From Perkinsus olseni (lineage: Eukaryota), in NCBI GenBank assembly GCA_013115125.1, contig JABANN010000204.1:1-53272 (forward strand): DNA of 53,272 nucleotides, in the 5' to 3' direction. A program made the position numbers and the translations under genes. Within the stretch, counting starts at the first letter, position 1. Every line of letters starts with the position of its first letter. The notes under the pieces were generated by a model. That model was not told the origin of the DNA, ran no database searches, and saw only the letters and a list, made by a program, of their open reading frames with translations. This document shows positions 52,601-53,272 of this stretch, piece by piece.

Positions 52601-52870
52601 CATACAAGGAATCTGAAAAGGTTACCAAGTCAACACAATACGGGAGATGATTCAGAAAGCTTACGAAATGCCAAAGATCAGGCTATAGCGCCGGCTTCTT
52701 CAAAAAGTGAAACGGTTTCTAGGAATGCGCAAGAAGTCCAAGATTTCAAGAATGCAGATCATGCACAACAAGTCGAAGATGATACTCCGGCTCGAAGGCC
52801 CCTGAACGGGTTTGAACGTCGAAGATCAGCAAGACTACAAGCCTTGCAGAAGAAGAAGGGGGGCATGTGA
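49604..52870 (+). CDS. pol: Pol polyprotein: aspartic protease, reverse transcriptase, RNase H, integrase
   Basis: PR: VLDTGS, ILFGMD. RT: DIKKAYLQ, MPFGL, FYVDD. RH: YVDAS, HINIAEL, TDN, NLADELSR. IN: HDHEG...CDAC, YTDVVG, HTDNG, SNGKVERLH. It is in the +1 frame relative to gag, and the stop codon lies inside the 3' LTR. Confidence 0.97.
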   Translation: MPLLVAVLDTGSSKTLMSRRVVDMMKTSHRYSVENDDIIIGIAGKVDILCYVDVVVNHLVELQCPVVNTDKGIIQMNGAEVDILFGMDYCNDFELVNYMNTNKVVKPDETRIMSAQYTSGEHKENQGVTNRTKDVTIRASDFEATRKNGKWIIAWKWINKPEEKQIRPAFYDGQIESLTTQQRDLFRKEINLWIEKRYIRPCTEEYAQATYTIMPQIQMHKESTPVRPVLNLKPLNIEIKSMPNEQSDPLACGNPLRRWRCKYGSETLLIDIKKAYLQVSVDKELQPYLCLRIPYLDHEYWAMDSMPFGLNIAPKCLTTIIQYCLKEDKIQDLVEFYVDDGAVEKQYYPIVKKCLEKNDFTLKEPEKLYRARVLGIQMRKDKLGYWARKGGTPQLQRVNENTVTRTQIGSWVGKLVAHYPIAKWLRSACAMLTRLASIDTDEKDQVVSKKIVAICDKLENDILVKGDPVEGQWKLNVKEQWTLYVDASRVAYGACLYVGQIRAEDGSWIRPRNDHRHINIAELDSVLKGLTLVMQYRKVNKIKGTQHINLKTDNKSVAAWLSRKKSSHWIPVKGICRSAVESRLQYYEDTLQYNDLEVDVQWIASYDNLADELSRVPQYMIGKDDNQVASASSQLFSTSMDDKENQVAVTVEQVKSPDPSNPDEPVDQRNWISRLQRKDGKVVVPEEDVIRFMTTVHDHEGASALYNRLRSWTNIPHLKKRCREAVSNCDACQRGKTFPGDRQAWHNTQGYAKCEVPFAKVYTDVVGPYQTKNSESSMFAITIVDGASGYALTRSTKHSPTSQDVVELFQHLTEVYGTSPLVVHTDNGSIFVSERFSKYLRTILAVQERSAVHASWSNGKVERLHRDINAYIRCRSNKHTLNYKEFSLLIKKATTKHNVTPQRDGKCPHDKIFRFNAVSEPYMPIEFREGYDELFSDVVDPSQLTETLKKGTKVLCRKHVLGPKHQPVWEDGRILRRVASNMYEVAVPDQKGELYARVEHTRNLKRLPSQHNTGDDSESLRNAKDQAIAPASSKSETVSRNAQEVQDFKNADHAQQVEDDTPARRPLNGFERRRSARLQALQKKKGGM
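52848..52865 (+). promoter_or_regulatory. Polypurine tract
   Basis: AGAAGAAGAAGGGGGG(CA) immediately precedes the 3' LTR. Confidence 0.9.
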
Positions 52871-52996
52871 TGGTCAGCACAATTTCTGTCTCCCATTGAT
52901 CTTGCTCCGTTCTATCGATTAGCTATGGTATCGTTCTCTGTTGTCTTACGTGTTCTATCTCCACCAACATAGGAGTGTTGTGTCTAGAGTATTACA
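52866..52996 (+). repeat. 3' LTR (131 bp)
   Basis: Identical to the 5' LTR and followed by TSD GTGGC. Confidence 0.97.
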
Positions 52997-53272
52997 GTGG
53001 CCCAGGATGCCAACAGGCCCAATTTGTCTACAGTACCCGCCATCTAAAGACATGTAAACTTTCAACGGGGCTCACGCATTCAGTTTTTAGAGTTAGGGAA
53101 TGAAATTTTGCATATATACACTTTCAGCTATGGTGAGTGGCTTAGGGGAGTGAACATGACCGTTTCATGAAAAAACGGGCGAGCGAATTTTTTGGTCACC
53201 TACTCGTGATGCCTTGCGACGAAAACGACAAACTGAGCCGTATCTTGCGCCTATATGAGAGACAGACACAAT

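Larger units (their letters stand above)
48488..52996 (+). mobile_element. Full-length LTR retrotransposon (4509 bp; gag, PR-RT-RH-IN), recent insertion
   Basis: Two identical 131-bp TG...CA LTRs, 5-bp TSD GTGGC (48483-87 and 52997-53001), PBS, PPT, and uninterrupted gag and pol ORFs. Confidence 0.98.

Overview
Intron-rich eukaryotic nuclear DNA, most likely from a perkinsid alveolate such as Perkinsus. This is inferred from the many short GT-AG introns, dense co-oriented genes and an alveolate-type Sec7 insert, and is not proven. Plus-strand genes, in order: adenosine kinase; a GHSMGG alpha/beta-hydrolase (monoacylglycerol lipase/lysophospholipase-like); an MDR-family quinone-oxidoreductase-like gene that seems to lack its central NAD(P)-binding segment; a hypothetical gene; about 9 kb of decayed or unassignable ORFs; a coiled-coil hypothetical gene; a 13-kb BIG/Sec7 ARF-GEF; sideroflexin; and NAA10/ARD1. 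A complete serine carboxypeptidase S10 gene is nested antisense in a sideroflexin intron, and a secreted hypothetical protein is encoded on the minus strand. Mobile DNA includes a PIF/Harbinger-like MITE (16-bp TIR, CTG TSD), a foldback element with a 15-bp-period array, and an intact 4.5-kb LTR retrotransposon (identical 131-bp LTRs, GTGGC TSD). The most striking item is a perfect 26-bp-arm palindrome at the retrotransposon gag/pol junction. It splits the protease N-terminus between two frames, and removing about 52 nt fuses gag and pol. The second is a set of tRNA T-arm/B-box fragments inside short introns. Gene coordinates span first to last exon and were read by eye.
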